Origin: Sulfuricurvum sp.
Lineage (GTDB): Bacteria > Campylobacterota > Campylobacteria > Campylobacterales > Sulfurimonadaceae
Direction: 5' to 3'
NCBI GenBank assembly: GCA_036277315.1
Contig: DASUNE010000143.1
Location: forward strand, 1-60,729
DNA length: 60,729 bases
Position 1 is the stretch's first letter. Each line of letters starts with the position of its first letter. Positions 41,730 through 52,207 of this stretch are shown piece by piece. The translations under genes were made by a program, and so were the position numbers. Under the pieces are notes generated by a model that saw only the letters and a program-made list of their open reading frames with translations, ran no database searches and was not told where the DNA came from.

Positions 41730-42143
41730 TTAGCTTTCTTGGGCCAGCATATTTTGATATATCAGCGCAGTTTCTTCGATATTTTTACGCGACGCCGGTC
41801 TTCGAGCCGCCATATATCCTTTGATGGCTCCCTCGTTGTTATAGAGGGGAGAAATTTCGGTATCGACCCAATAAAACTTCCCGTCTTTACGTAGATTTTT
41901 CACTAATCCGTGCCAGATGGTTCCGGATTGAATGGTTTTCCAGACTTGTGCAAAAGCTGCGCGTGGCATATCGGGGTGACGAATGATATTATGAGGCTTT
42001 CCTAAGAGTTCATCGGCGCTGTAGCCTGAGATTTCACAAAAGCGTCGATTAGCAAAAGTGATAATACCATCAAGGTCAGTTTCGCTGACAATAGCGCGCC
42101 CTTCAAAAAAATATTCTTCGTCTACGGGTACAGGTCTCTCCAT
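41730..42143 (-). CDS. Stand-alone Aer/CetB-like PAS domain protein
   Basis: SETDLDGIITFAN, GKPHNIIRHPDMP, W...VKNLRKDGKFYWV typical of FAD-binding Aer PAS domains. Confidence 0.88.
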   Translation of the reverse strand: MERPVPVDEEYFFEGRAIVSETDLDGIITFANRRFCEISGYSADELLGKPHNIIRHPDMPRAAFAQVWKTIQSGTIWHGLVKNLRKDGKFYWVDTEISPLYNNEGAIKGYMAARRPASRKNIEETALIYQNMLAQES

Positions 42144-42216
42144 TTTTATCCCTTTCCTAAAAAACTTCTGAAATTATTAGTGTAAGGAATATGGCATAAA
42201 CAAGGTAAAAGAATTC

Positions 42217-44022
42217 TTAGTTTTGTTCTAAATGTGATAAATTTTGGATAATTCTGGCATCTTTGGTTCCAATCAGCTCACAGAGGGTTTCAAAAGTTCC
42301 TTTTTCTATTTCTTCAAAGGTTCCGTAATATTCTAATAATTTATAAATCTTAGGAAGAGTGATCCCTTTTTGTGAAAGAAATTTTGATTCTTGATCCCGT
42401 TTTAATTTGGTTTTTTTGTGAAACGTAATAGCGCTTCGGTGGGCTTCATCGCGTAACAGTTGAATGAATTGAAGCCGTTTGTCGTAGGGTTCCAAGCGTA
42501 AGGTATTGTCATGAATATGAAGAATATCACGAGCAGATCCTTTGGCTCTGTGTGCTTTTGCATCGAGTTTTTCTTTGCTGATGGCAATGACATCCATCGA
42601 TATCCCGTGAGAATGGAGGAGCTCAAGCGCGAGATTTCGCAGTGTTGAACCTCCATCAAGTATCCATAGATCGGGAGGGGGATTGGTATCGAACGATTCA
42701 ATTCTACGCAGGAGCATCTCCCTCATTTGGCCGTATTCATCTCTCTCGTGCAGATGATATTGACGATACGATTTTTTTTCAAAAGAACCATTGGTATAGA
42801 CGACCATCGCCCCTACGGTGGCGACTCCTCCCATGTGAGAGTTGTCGAAGATTTCGATTCGATGGGGAAAGTTTTCAAGTTCAAGCAACTCTTTGAGTGA
42901 TTGGAGCATGGGGTGATTGCTTGGTTTATGGGTCTTTAAAAGCTCTTGAGCATTGGTGAGGGCGAGTTGCGTCAGCTGTTTTTTTATTCCTATCTTGGGC
43001 GATTCAAGGATTGCCTTTTTTTCAAAAATTTTCGTTAAATGCTCTTCAATCCACTCTTTTTCTTCGAAAGGATGGGCCGTAAGAATCGGGGCAATAATAG
43101 GGGGTTTTTGAATCCCATAAAAATTCAGGAGTGCCCTTTCGTATCCTTCGTCCAGCGAAAAATGATCGGTAATCGGAAAAAAATCGTGGGAACTCGAGGT
43201 GATTTTACCCTCTCGTATGAACATTCGAACCACACAGCCTCGGGTCTCGTGAAGTTCTATGGCAAAAATATCAAAGTCGACATTTCGGGCAAGATCGATG
43301 GCGCAGGTGACGACACTTTTTTCAATGCGTTCCAGCCGGTCACGCAACCCCATCGCCTCTTCAAATCGGAGCTCTTGGGCATAGTATTCCATTTTTTCAA
43401 TCAGTTTTGGAGCGAGGAGTTTTTTGTTTTCAATCCACGAAATGGCGGTATCGACGAGGCTGCGATAATGGGAAATGTCTACGGGAAGTTCACATGGCCC
43501 AAGGCATTGGTGCATTTGATAGTACAAGCAGACTTTTTTCCCCTTGAGGCAGCTTTTTTTCTGCACCAAAGGGAGTAGTTCGTAGAGCGAATCGAGAATA
43601 TCCCGTGCACCGGTAGAATAGGGTCCGAAATAGCGAACGTTTTTGCCGTTGATAATTTTTCGGGTGATATCGAATCGGGGATAGGATTCATTTAAATCAA
43701 TATAAATATAGGGGTAGGTTTTATCATCGCGGAGTAAAACATTGTATTTTGGGGCGAGCTGTTTGATCAGAGAGTTTTCGAGTATCAGGGCATCATGCTC
43801 TTTATCAACGACGATATACTGTAAGGATATGGTTTCCGAAAGCATTTTTTGGATTCGCAGAGAAAGGGTTGATTTTGGGGTGAGTGTCGGGGTGAGATTG
43901 AAATAGCTTTTGACCCGTTTGGAGAGATCTTTGGCTTTGCCGATGTATAGAATCTGCCCTTTTGCATTGAGATATTGGTAAATGCCTGCACTGTGCGGAA
44001 GAGAGCGTATTTTGTCAATCAT
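42217..44022 (-). CDS. uvrC: Excinuclease ABC subunit C
   Basis: [41 protein letters not shown]. Confidence 0.96.
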   Translation of the reverse strand: MIDKIRSLPHSAGIYQYLNAKGQILYIGKAKDLSKRVKSYFNLTPTLTPKSTLSLRIQKMLSETISLQYIVVDKEHDALILENSLIKQLAPKYNVLLRDDKTYPYIYIDLNESYPRFDITRKIINGKNVRYFGPYSTGARDILDSLYELLPLVQKKSCLKGKKVCLYYQMHQCLGPCELPVDISHYRSLVDTAISWIENKKLLAPKLIEKMEYYAQELRFEEAMGLRDRLERIEKSVVTCAIDLARNVDFDIFAIELHETRGCVVRMFIREGKITSSSHDFFPITDHFSLDEGYERALLNFYGIQKPPIIAPILTAHPFEEKEWIEEHLTKIFEKKAILESPKIGIKKQLTQLALTNAQELLKTHKPSNHPMLQSLKELLELENFPHRIEIFDNSHMGGVATVGAMVVYTNGSFEKKSYRQYHLHERDEYGQMREMLLRRIESFDTNPPPDLWILDGGSTLRNLALELLHSHGISMDVIAISKEKLDAKAHRAKGSARDILHIHDNTLRLEPYDKRLQFIQLLRDEAHRSAITFHKKTKLKRDQESKFLSQKGITLPKIYKLLEYYGTFEEIEKGTFETLCELIGTKDARIIQNLSHLEQN

Positions 44023-44081
44023 TAAGGTCGCTTAATCAAGTATTTATGGTAGCTATTATACCATCCCTCTATATGTTTTAA

Positions 44082-44112
44082 AACGCCGTCGGAATAAAAT
44101 CCCAACGACTAC
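44082..44112 (-). repeat. GTAG-type REP-like palindrome (second copy)
   Basis: Minus strand reads GTAG-tcgttggga-tttta-ttccgacggc; core 21/22 identical to 2999-3020. Confidence 0.65.
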
Positions 44113-44175
44113 ACTTGCAGCACATGGAACTAAAGCTTGCCTCGTATGAGGCAGAATTTTTTTGATTGGAAATTT

Positions 44176-44295
44176 ATGACAAAACTATACGTTATGCTTT
44201 TGATGGGAATGGTATTAGCGATCAGCGGATGTGGATACAAAGCCCCTCCTTATTACGAAAAGCCTTCCAATGAGGAAAAAAACAGTGCGCTATGA
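44176..44295 (+). CDS. Small lipoprotein, LptM/YifL-like (39 aa; not in ORF track)
   Basis: MTKLYVMLLMGMVLAISG-CGYKAPPYYEKPSNEEKNSAL; lipobox plus CGxKxPxY motif. Confidence 0.72.
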   Translation: MTKLYVMLLMGMVLAISGCGYKAPPYYEKPSNEEKNSAL

Positions 44296-45721
44296 TGTCG
44301 TCATTATCGGTGCAGGTGTTGCTGGGTTGTATGCGGCAATAGGATTGCCCAAGCATTTAAAAGTTTTGGTCATCAGCAAATCGCATCCGTGGGAATGCAA
44401 TACGTATTATGCCCAAGGGGGGATAACCACAGCGTATAACGATGCGGACATATCGCTTCATGTGTCCGACACCATTGAAGCAGGTGCCGGCATGTGCAAC
44501 CCGGATGCGGTGCAATTCATGAGCGAGCAATCGCAAGGGGTTATTCGTGATTTGATGCAGCGCGGATTTATGTTTGACGCCGATGAGGATGGAAATCTTC
44601 TCTATACGAAAGAAGCGGCTCATTCGCGTAACCGTATTTTACATGCCGGAGGAGATGCTACGGGGCGGTATCTTCATCTGTTTTTACTGCAGCAAAATCC
44701 CCATCCGATGCTTTCGAATGCGACGGTATGTGATTTACTGATGGAAAATAATAAGTGTTGCGGTGTGGAAGTGCTAAGCGAGGGAAAGAGAAAGCTTATT
44801 TATGCCAATAATGTCATTATCGCCAGCGGCGGTGTCGGATCACTGTATGAGTATCATACCAACTCCCATGCTATTAGTGCGGACATCCACGGCATTTGTC
44901 TTGAAAAAGGGATTGTCCTTGAAAGCATGGAAATGATGCAGTTTCATCCGACGGTTTTTGTATCGGGAACGGGTGCCCGAAAACTCTTGCTGACCGAAGC
45001 GCTTCGAGGCGAGGGGGCATGGATCGTCGATGAAAACGGGTATCGATTTTTGTTTGAGTATGATGAGCGCGGAGAGATGGCGCCTCGAGATATCGTAAGT
45101 CGGGCGATTTTTGATTACAAACAACGCACTTCGAGTCAAGTCTATATTTCGTGTGCCCATTTTGACAAAGAGTATTTTCAGGGACGTTTTCCCAATATTT
45201 ATAAAGCATTGCGGGATCTTGGGTATAACCTTCCATCCCAACGGGTCCCTATTTCTCCCGCTTTTCATTACGCTATTGGCGGGATAAAAAGTGATTTGGA
45301 GGGGAGAGTCCCTAGCATAGATGGGTTATATGTTGTCGGTGAAGCTGCATGTACGGGAGTGCATGGAGCTAATAGGCTGGCGAGTAATTCCCTTTTAGAA
45401 GGGTTGGTATTTGGTAAACGCGCTGCCCAGACAATATTGCACAATGTCTCGAAAACGTGCATTCAGAAATTTGAGATTTCGACAATGGCTCTTGAACAAG
45501 AGGGCGACAAAGAGAAAAAAGATGCCCTGCGTCACATCATGTGGGATAAAGTATCAATTGTTCGGACGCAAAAAGGGCTGAACGAGGCGCTGTGCTCTAT
45601 TGAAGAGATGCTCAGTTCAGAGGTCGGACGATTGCTAAAACTGCGTCTTCTCAGTGCTCGTGCGATTGTTCAATCGGCATTGAAACGGACGGAATCGATC
45701 GGGGTGCACTACATTGCTTAA
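44285..45721 (+). CDS. nadB: L-aspartate oxidase
   Basis: GAGVAG, YAQGGI, EAAHSRNRILH, QFHPT, TEALRGEG, HGANRLASNSLLEG; probable GTG start at 44285 after GAGGA. Confidence 0.93.
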   Translation: MRYDVVIIGAGVAGLYAAIGLPKHLKVLVISKSHPWECNTYYAQGGITTAYNDADISLHVSDTIEAGAGMCNPDAVQFMSEQSQGVIRDLMQRGFMFDADEDGNLLYTKEAAHSRNRILHAGGDATGRYLHLFLLQQNPHPMLSNATVCDLLMENNKCCGVEVLSEGKRKLIYANNVIIASGGVGSLYEYHTNSHAISADIHGICLEKGIVLESMEMMQFHPTVFVSGTGARKLLLTEALRGEGAWIVDENGYRFLFEYDERGEMAPRDIVSRAIFDYKQRTSSQVYISCAHFDKEYFQGRFPNIYKALRDLGYNLPSQRVPISPAFHYAIGGIKSDLEGRVPSIDGLYVVGEAACTGVHGANRLASNSLLEGLVFGKRAAQTILHNVSKTCIQKFEISTMALEQEGDKEKKDALRHIMWDKVSIVRTQKGLNEALCSIEEMLSSEVGRLLKLRLLSARAIVQSALKRTESIGVHYIA

Positions 45722-45733
45722 GGGATTAGAAAA

Positions 45734-47059
45734 ATGACAACAACCATTGGACAGCACGGTGTCGATTTGGCCGTTCATCCGTTTGGATGGCTTTTGCTGG
45801 CCATTTTCATCCTAGGATATTATTTTATCGCGACGGAAGATAAATATCATCTCGATAAGGCGAAGCCCGCTTTGTTTATCGGAACGTTTATGTTTATCCT
45901 TATCGGCGGATTTTATGCCTTTAACGGTCTAGATTTTCAGCCGTTTGAAACGGAAATTTCCCATCTGATTTTAGAGATTGCCGAGATTTTCTTTTTCTTG
46001 TTTGTCGCGATGACCTTTATCGAAGCATTGATCGAACGCGGTGTTTTTGATGCGCTCAAATCGAAGCTTATTGCCAAAGGGTACAGCTATCGAGAGATTT
46101 TTTGGATTACGGGGTTTCTGGCATTTTTCATCTCTCCCATAGCAGACAATCTGACCACCGCCCTTATCCTTTCTACGGTGTTGTTGACGATTGAAAAAAA
46201 GAACAAAGCCTTTTTGGTTCCCAGTGCTATCAATGTCGTCGTTGCCGCCAATGCGGGAGGGGCATGGAGTCCGTTTGGAGACATTACGACTCTTATGGTG
46301 TGGACCGCCGAAAAAGGGGTTTTTACCGATTTTCTCTACCTCTTTCCCGCTTCATTTATCGGATGGCTCATCACGGCGTATCTCTTAAGCCGTTATGTCC
46401 CTAATCTGGATCCGTTCAAAGACGGAGATCCTGATGCTGCCCAAAAGATAGAGATTCTCAAGGGCGGGAAAATGATCATTGCTTTGGGGACTGTGACGAT
46501 TGCTTTGGCGGTTATCTGCAAGCAGGTGATGCACTTGCCTCCGATGTGGGGGATGCTTTTCGGACTCTCTCTTTTGCAGCTTTATATGTACACGCTCAAA
46601 AAAAATCACAATCAAGATGTCGATATCTTTCAGGCTATAAGCAAGATCGAAAACAATACGCTGCTCTTTTTCTTTGGAATCTTAGCGGCGGTCGGTGCGC
46701 TTCATTTTGCAGGATTTTTAGGACATGCGGCGAAGCTGTACGAACTTTTTGATCCGACGATAGTGAATATCGGCATTGGTTTTCTCTCCGCCATTGTCGA
46801 TAACGTCCCTGTCATGTCGGCAGTTCTTAAAGCGAACCCTGCTATCGATCATGCCCAGTGGATGCTGGTGACGATGACGGCCGGTATCGGCGGATCATTG
46901 ATCAGCTTCGGAAGTGCGGCAGGTGTCGGTGTGATGGGAAAAATGCACGGGATTTATACGTTTGCTTCGCATATCAAGCTTGCATGGACGGTATTGATCG
47001 GATACGTTGTCTCTTTGTGCGTATGGTATTTTCAGTTCATCATTTTAGGATGGTACTAA
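45734..47059 (+). CDS. nhaD: Na+/H+ antiporter NhaD
   Basis: SPIADNLTTAL, ANAGGAWSPFGDITT, SAIVDNVP, GSAAGV. Confidence 0.92.
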   Translation: MTTTIGQHGVDLAVHPFGWLLLAIFILGYYFIATEDKYHLDKAKPALFIGTFMFILIGGFYAFNGLDFQPFETEISHLILEIAEIFFFLFVAMTFIEALIERGVFDALKSKLIAKGYSYREIFWITGFLAFFISPIADNLTTALILSTVLLTIEKKNKAFLVPSAINVVVAANAGGAWSPFGDITTLMVWTAEKGVFTDFLYLFPASFIGWLITAYLLSRYVPNLDPFKDGDPDAAQKIEILKGGKMIIALGTVTIALAVICKQVMHLPPMWGMLFGLSLLQLYMYTLKKNHNQDVDIFQAISKIENNTLLFFFGILAAVGALHFAGFLGHAAKLYELFDPTIVNIGIGFLSAIVDNVPVMSAVLKANPAIDHAQWMLVTMTAGIGGSLISFGSAAGVGVMGKMHGIYTFASHIKLAWTVLIGYVVSLCVWYFQFIILGWY

Positions 47060-47063
47060 AAAA

Positions 47064-49631
47064 TTACGTTTTGGTTGATGAACGTTTCAGCCAATATTCT
47101 CCCCATTTATAACTTTCCAGCAGCAAGAAAACAGTGGCGGTAGCACCGCCAATATACGCCAGCATCTCTCCATCGGGTGAAACGGCGTGGAACCAATCCG
47201 GAACCACATACAAAGCAAAGCCTTGAAGTGTAATGCCGATGCCGATACCGAGCCAAATCCACGGATTGATGGTCAGACTGGTTTTGATATGGTAAAAAAA
47301 CGGTTCTTCTTCTTTTTGGGCAAGGATACCGTTGACCCATTGCGCAGTAACGATGATACAAAAGGAGACGGTGAGGGCAACTTCGTAGCTGTGTCCGGTG
47401 CGCAGAAGATGGACAAAAACGGCCAGCGTCACCGAGGCATTGACCAGTGAAACCCAGCCGATCCTTGCTATCTGCCAACGATCGAAGAACTGTGTTTCGA
47501 GCCGTCGCGGTTTGTTTTTCATCACATCTCCCTCTTCACGGCACATTGGAAACATTTTGTCGGTAACCCCATCCGTCACAATATTGACCCATAAAATCTG
47601 TGTCGGATGGATTGGCAAAGGCAGTCCCATCATAATGGCTCCGGTAATCACAATGATTTCATCAAAACACGTGGCGACGAGATAAAAAATCACCTTTCGA
47701 AGATTTGCCGAGATGATTCTTCCCTGCCGTATCGCATCGACGATGACGCCCAAATTATTGTCCGTGATCACCATTTTAGCCGTCGATTTGGCCGCTTCGC
47801 TTCCATTTCCCATCGCAATCCCTAAATCAGCCGCTTTAAGTGCCGGAACGTCATTGACCCCATCTCCCGTAACGGCCACAATCTCGCCCGTTGCTTGAAG
47901 AAGTTTGACAATCCGGTATTTGTGTTCGGGGAGGGCCCGTGCGATTACGGTAGAGACGTTTAGAGCACGTTGAAGCTGTTTATCGTCCATTTTTATCATC
48001 TCTTCACCGTTTAGAACGCTATCTCCTTCCTTCCATATTCCGACCTCTTTGGCAATGACTTGTGCAGTTAACGGATTATCACCTGTTACCATTATTACCC
48101 TTATTCCCGCTTTTTTGGCTTGGTTAACGGCATTGTCCGCACCTTTCTTAGCCGCATCGGCAAAACCGATCAATCCGACAATTTGAATGGACCATTTTTC
48201 TGGATCTTCCCATTTTTTATCACTGATTCCAAAAGCCAAAACCCGTAATCCCTGCAATGCCATCGCATCATGAGTCAAATTGAATTTTTCCATCTCCTCG
48301 TGCGTATTGATAGAGAGTTCTTTTAGGGATTCATAGGCTCCTTTGAGATAGAGACGTTCTTCCGTGCCCGTTTGATTGACAGTTGCCATTAAGCGGCGTT
48401 GCGGATCAAAGGGGTGATAGAACACTCTCGGATGGTGTTCTCGCAGTAAAGCATAGTCGGATCCCATCCATCGTGCTAATGCGGTGTCGATGGGATCACC
48501 GCGGGCTTCATTGGCATCGTTGCACAGTGCGGCACAGAGTTTGAGAGCTTCTTCATCGAGAATCTCCATTTCCCGAACGGAGAGAAATCCTTCGGTAATC
48601 GTTCCTGTTTTATCGGTCGCAATGACGGACGTACTGCCCAATGACTCCACGCTGGGGAGATGCCGTACGAGTACTTTGTGGCGGCTAAGGCGATACGCAC
48701 CCAATGCCAGAACAAGAGTAATGACGATTGGAAGTCCCTCTGGAGCCGCTGAAACCAGCTCCGCGATCAAGATGGAGGTCATTTCGGAAGCACTTCGCCC
48801 CTGTAAGATGCCAATGATTCCTACGAGCATCAAGAGCCCGATCAAAAGCAAAATAAGACGTTTGGAGAAAAGTGCCAGAGCCCTTGTCAAGGGTGAATGG
48901 GGGGATTGTTTCTGCGCACTTTGGGCAATGGTCGCTAAATATGTTTTTTCCCCTGTTGCGGTGACAACCCCTTTTGCCGTTCCTTTGAGGATATGAGTAC
49001 CGGAAAACAGCATATTGCTTCGTTCATAGGGGAGGGCTTCTGGGGAGAGCATATCGTACGATTGTTTGGGAGAGGGGAGAGACTCACCGGTAAGAATCGC
49101 TTCATCCGCCTGCAGTCCATGGGATGTGATCAGTCGAATATCGGCAGAGACAAGATCTCCTTCGCCAAGCAAGACGATATCTCCGGGAACAAGTTCATCT
49201 GAGGGGATAAGTGCTTCTATTCCCATACGAATAACGCGGATGTGCGTTTGGGTCAGCATTTTAAGAGCACGAATCGACGTTTGGGCTCGGTATTCTTGAA
49301 AAAATCCTAAAAGACTGTTGAGTATCAGTATTCCAAAAACAATCATACTGTCCGTGTGCTTTCCCATCGCATACGAAAGCAAAGCTGCCGCAATTAAAAT
49401 AGCGACAATGGGACTTTTAAACTGCCTCAAAAAAAGGGCACTTAAGGAATATTGTTCTTCCTTGAGGGTATTAAAACCAAATTCTTTTGATCGTTTTTGG
49501 ACTTCCGTGATTTCTAACCCCTCCTCAGAGGTTTTAAGAAGAGTTAGAAGTTCATCGCCATTTTGGGACCAGGGAGATTGAGAGAGTGTCATTGAGGCCT
49601 CGTTGATGCAATCATGGTTTATTGTATCCAA
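47064..49631 (-). CDS. Cation-transporting P-type ATPase (type II-like)
   Basis: LTGES, PEGL, DKTGT, TGDN, GDGVNDVPAL motifs; exact start uncertain. Confidence 0.92.
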   Translation of the reverse strand: MDTINHDCINEASMTLSQSPWSQNGDELLTLLKTSEEGLEITEVQKRSKEFGFNTLKEEQYSLSALFLRQFKSPIVAILIAAALLSYAMGKHTDSMIVFGILILNSLLGFFQEYRAQTSIRALKMLTQTHIRVIRMGIEALIPSDELVPGDIVLLGEGDLVSADIRLITSHGLQADEAILTGESLPSPKQSYDMLSPEALPYERSNMLFSGTHILKGTAKGVVTATGEKTYLATIAQSAQKQSPHSPLTRALALFSKRLILLLIGLLMLVGIIGILQGRSASEMTSILIAELVSAAPEGLPIVITLVLALGAYRLSRHKVLVRHLPSVESLGSTSVIATDKTGTITEGFLSVREMEILDEEALKLCAALCNDANEARGDPIDTALARWMGSDYALLREHHPRVFYHPFDPQRRLMATVNQTGTEERLYLKGAYESLKELSINTHEEMEKFNLTHDAMALQGLRVLAFGISDKKWEDPEKWSIQIVGLIGFADAAKKGADNAVNQAKKAGIRVIMVTGDNPLTAQVIAKEVGIWKEGDSVLNGEEMIKMDDKQLQRALNVSTVIARALPEHKYRIVKLLQATGEIVAVTGDGVNDVPALKAADLGIAMGNGSEAAKSTAKMVITDNNLGVIVDAIRQGRIISANLRKVIFYLVATCFDEIIVITGAIMMGLPLPIHPTQILWVNIVTDGVTDKMFPMCREEGDVMKNKPRRLETQFFDRWQIARIGWVSLVNASVTLAVFVHLLRTGHSYEVALTVSFCIIVTAQWVNGILAQKEEEPFFYHIKTSLTINPWIWLGIGIGITLQGFALYVVPDWFHAVSPDGEMLAYIGGATATVFLLLESYKWGEYWLKRSSTKT

Positions 49632-49720
49632 AATTAAACTAGGATTAGATATGATTTCATTAATATAAAGGGATTATGACCCCTCTACAATCATCCCTAT
49701 TTTACACTAAAGGCTTACTC

Positions 49721-51265
49721 GTGAAAGATGTCAATATAATCGTCCTCGATTTCGGTTCCCAGTACACTCAACTCATCGCACGTCGCTTACGCGAAGACAA
49801 AGTTTATTGTGAAGTGCTCCCGTATCACACTAAAATAGACGTTATTAAAGCAAAAAATCCAAAAGGTATCATCCTCAGCGGCGGTCCTTCATCGGTCTAT
49901 AACAAAGACGCATATACGGTCGATCAAGGGGTTTATGCCCTTGGTATCCCGGTGCTTGGTATCTGTTATGGGATGCAGCGTATTGCTGTTGACTTTGGCG
50001 GTTCCGTCATCCGAAGTGACCATCATGAGTACGGCAAAGCAGAGCTTACGATCGATATGACACAGCAGTCACCATTGTTTGCCAATTGTGAAGATGAGCG
50101 TACGGTATGGATGAGCCACTCCGATAAAGTGGATGTTCTGCCGCAAGGGTTTGTCCCTATCGCGTATTCGCCGAACTCTCCGTATGCGGCGATTGCGGAT
50201 GAAGCGCGACAAGTGTATGCGATGCAGTATCACCCGGAAGTGAACCACTCCGAAGAGGGGTATTTGATGCTCCGTAACTTCGCCCGTACCATCTGCGGCA
50301 TTACTGAAAAATGGGATATGGGGCATTTCCTCAAAGAGCAGATCGTCAAAATTCGTGCCCAAGTGGGGGATGGGAAAGTCCTTTGTGCTCTCAGCGGCGG
50401 TGTTGACTCTTCGGTCGTTGCCGCATTGCTGTATGAGGCCATCGGAAATCAGTTGATTCCGGTATTCGTCGATAACGGTCTTTTGCGCAAAGGTGAGCGT
50501 GAATCGGTTGAAAATATTTTTAAAGTCCATCTTAAAGTTCCTCTTGTTGTCGCCGATGCATCGGAGAGTTTCTTAGGCAAGCTTGCGGGTGTTACGGATC
50601 CTGAAGAGAAGCGTAAGATTATTGGACACACTTTTATCGAAGTGTTTGAGCAAGAAGCCAAAAAACACGACGGGATCAAATTCTTGGCGCAGGGGACATT
50701 GTATCCCGACGTTATTGAATCGGTTTCCGTAAACGGTCCATCCGTAACGATCAAAAGTCACCACAACGTCGGCGGATTGCCGGACTGGATGGATTTCGAG
50801 TTGATCGAGCCGTTGCGTGATTTATTCAAAGACGAAGTACGTAAACTGGGTCTTGAACTGGGACTTCCGGATTATTTGGTCAATCGCCATCCGTTCCCGG
50901 GACCCGGTTTGGGGATTCGCATCATGGGTGAAGTCAACAAGGACGATTTGTACATCCTTCGCGAAGCCGATGCTATTTTACTGGAAGAGCTCAAAGCAAG
51001 CGGATATTACGCAAAAACATGGCAGGCATTTGCCGTACTTTTGAACGTTAAAAGTGTTGGCGTTATGGGGGATAACCGTACGTATGACAACACTGTGTGT
51101 GTTCGCGTCGTCGAAGCCGTCGATGGTATGACCGCAACGTTTGCGCATCTTCCTCACACCTTGTTGGAGCGTATCAGCCGCCGTATTATCAATGAGGTAG
51201 ACGGCATTAACCGTGTTGTTTATGACATCAGTTCCAAACCTCCTGCTACCATCGAGTGGGAATAA
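49721..51265 (+). CDS. guaA: GMP synthase (glutamine-hydrolysing)
   Basis: [46 protein letters not shown]; probable GTG start 49721. Confidence 0.97.
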   Translation: MKDVNIIVLDFGSQYTQLIARRLREDKVYCEVLPYHTKIDVIKAKNPKGIILSGGPSSVYNKDAYTVDQGVYALGIPVLGICYGMQRIAVDFGGSVIRSDHHEYGKAELTIDMTQQSPLFANCEDERTVWMSHSDKVDVLPQGFVPIAYSPNSPYAAIADEARQVYAMQYHPEVNHSEEGYLMLRNFARTICGITEKWDMGHFLKEQIVKIRAQVGDGKVLCALSGGVDSSVVAALLYEAIGNQLIPVFVDNGLLRKGERESVENIFKVHLKVPLVVADASESFLGKLAGVTDPEEKRKIIGHTFIEVFEQEAKKHDGIKFLAQGTLYPDVIESVSVNGPSVTIKSHHNVGGLPDWMDFELIEPLRDLFKDEVRKLGLELGLPDYLVNRHPFPGPGLGIRIMGEVNKDDLYILREADAILLEELKASGYYAKTWQAFAVLLNVKSVGVMGDNRTYDNTVCVRVVEAVDGMTATFAHLPHTLLERISRRIINEVDGINRVVYDISSKPPATIEWE

Positions 51266-51275
51266 GGGGTAGCTT

Positions 51276-51926
51276 TTGCGCCCCATCTATCTCGTCTCTA
51301 AAACGTCCCACCATGAAACGGCGGGCATTATTCATATCCCTATCCTCTCTATCCATTTTTTAACACCTCTCATCAATTTTGACGATTACGATGGCATTAT
51401 TGTGACTTCCAAGCAAGGAGCACTTGCTCTTAAACCCTATGCCCCCGATTGGAAAAAACTACACGTTATCTGCGTAGGGGAAGCAACAGCGGAAGCGATG
51501 AAAGGTTTGGGTGCAATGCACATTGAAATTGCTGATGGATACGGTGAAACTATTGTTAACGTGTTGCGTAAATACTGTGGAAAATGGCTCTATTGCCGTC
51601 CAAAAATGATTGCATCTTCATGGCCCCAACGTGCTCGAGAAGCGGGAATAATCATCGATGAGGTGATTATGTATGAAACACAATGCAACCAAACGATGGA
51701 AAAAATTGAGATCGCCCCTAATGCCGTGCTGATTTTTACATCACCCTCAAGTATTGAGTGCTTTTGTGCACGTTATGAGCTTTTACCGACTCACGATGTG
51801 GTGGTGATCGGAAAAACCACGCAAAATGCTTTGCCATTGGACTGTAAATCACGATTAGCTGAGAAAACGACCATTGAATCGTGTGTAGAAATAGGGCTAA
51901 AATTGGCATCACGAGATACGTTTTAA
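51276..51926 (+). CDS. hemD: Uroporphyrinogen-III synthase
   Basis: IVTSKQG, CVGEATA, YET, FTSPS, IGKTT motifs. Confidence 0.85.
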   Translation: MRPIYLVSKTSHHETAGIIHIPILSIHFLTPLINFDDYDGIIVTSKQGALALKPYAPDWKKLHVICVGEATAEAMKGLGAMHIEIADGYGETIVNVLRKYCGKWLYCRPKMIASSWPQRAREAGIIIDEVIMYETQCNQTMEKIEIAPNAVLIFTSPSSIECFCARYELLPTHDVVVIGKTTQNALPLDCKSRLAEKTTIESCVEIGLKLASRDTF

Positions 51927-51949
51927 GCTTTTTGAGGTTATAATTATTA

Positions 51950-52142
51950 ACTCTGGGCGCAGCGAGTAACCGCAATATGAGGGTTCTACATATACAACTA
52001 GTCATATCCGTAGACGTTTCGGTGTGTCGGTGGTCTTGTTTGAGCGTGTAAACGTGAGAGATTGCCGCCGGAAGAAACGCTCGATATGGCGCAATTACAG
52101 CTTTGAAGAACCAAAGCTACTGCGAAACGCCCGCCTGGGCTT
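51950..52142 (+). ncRNA. ssrS: 6S RNA
   Basis: TTTAAG-N11-TATAAT promoter; about 190 nt with pairing ends (ctctgggcg/cgcctggg) and central stem cggtggtct/agattgccg; upstream of purD, where 6S RNA lies in Helicobacter/Campylobacter. Confidence 0.75.
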
Positions 52143-52207
52143 TTACCTTATTTAAAAATCCATTGGGGTTTTTAGATGAGAGAATCAACTATTTTTTGGG
52201 GCAATAT

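Noticed and set aside
52103-52207. N-terminal extension of purD in the ORF track
   Set aside because: Overlaps the 6S RNA 3' end; PurD homology starts at ATG 52208
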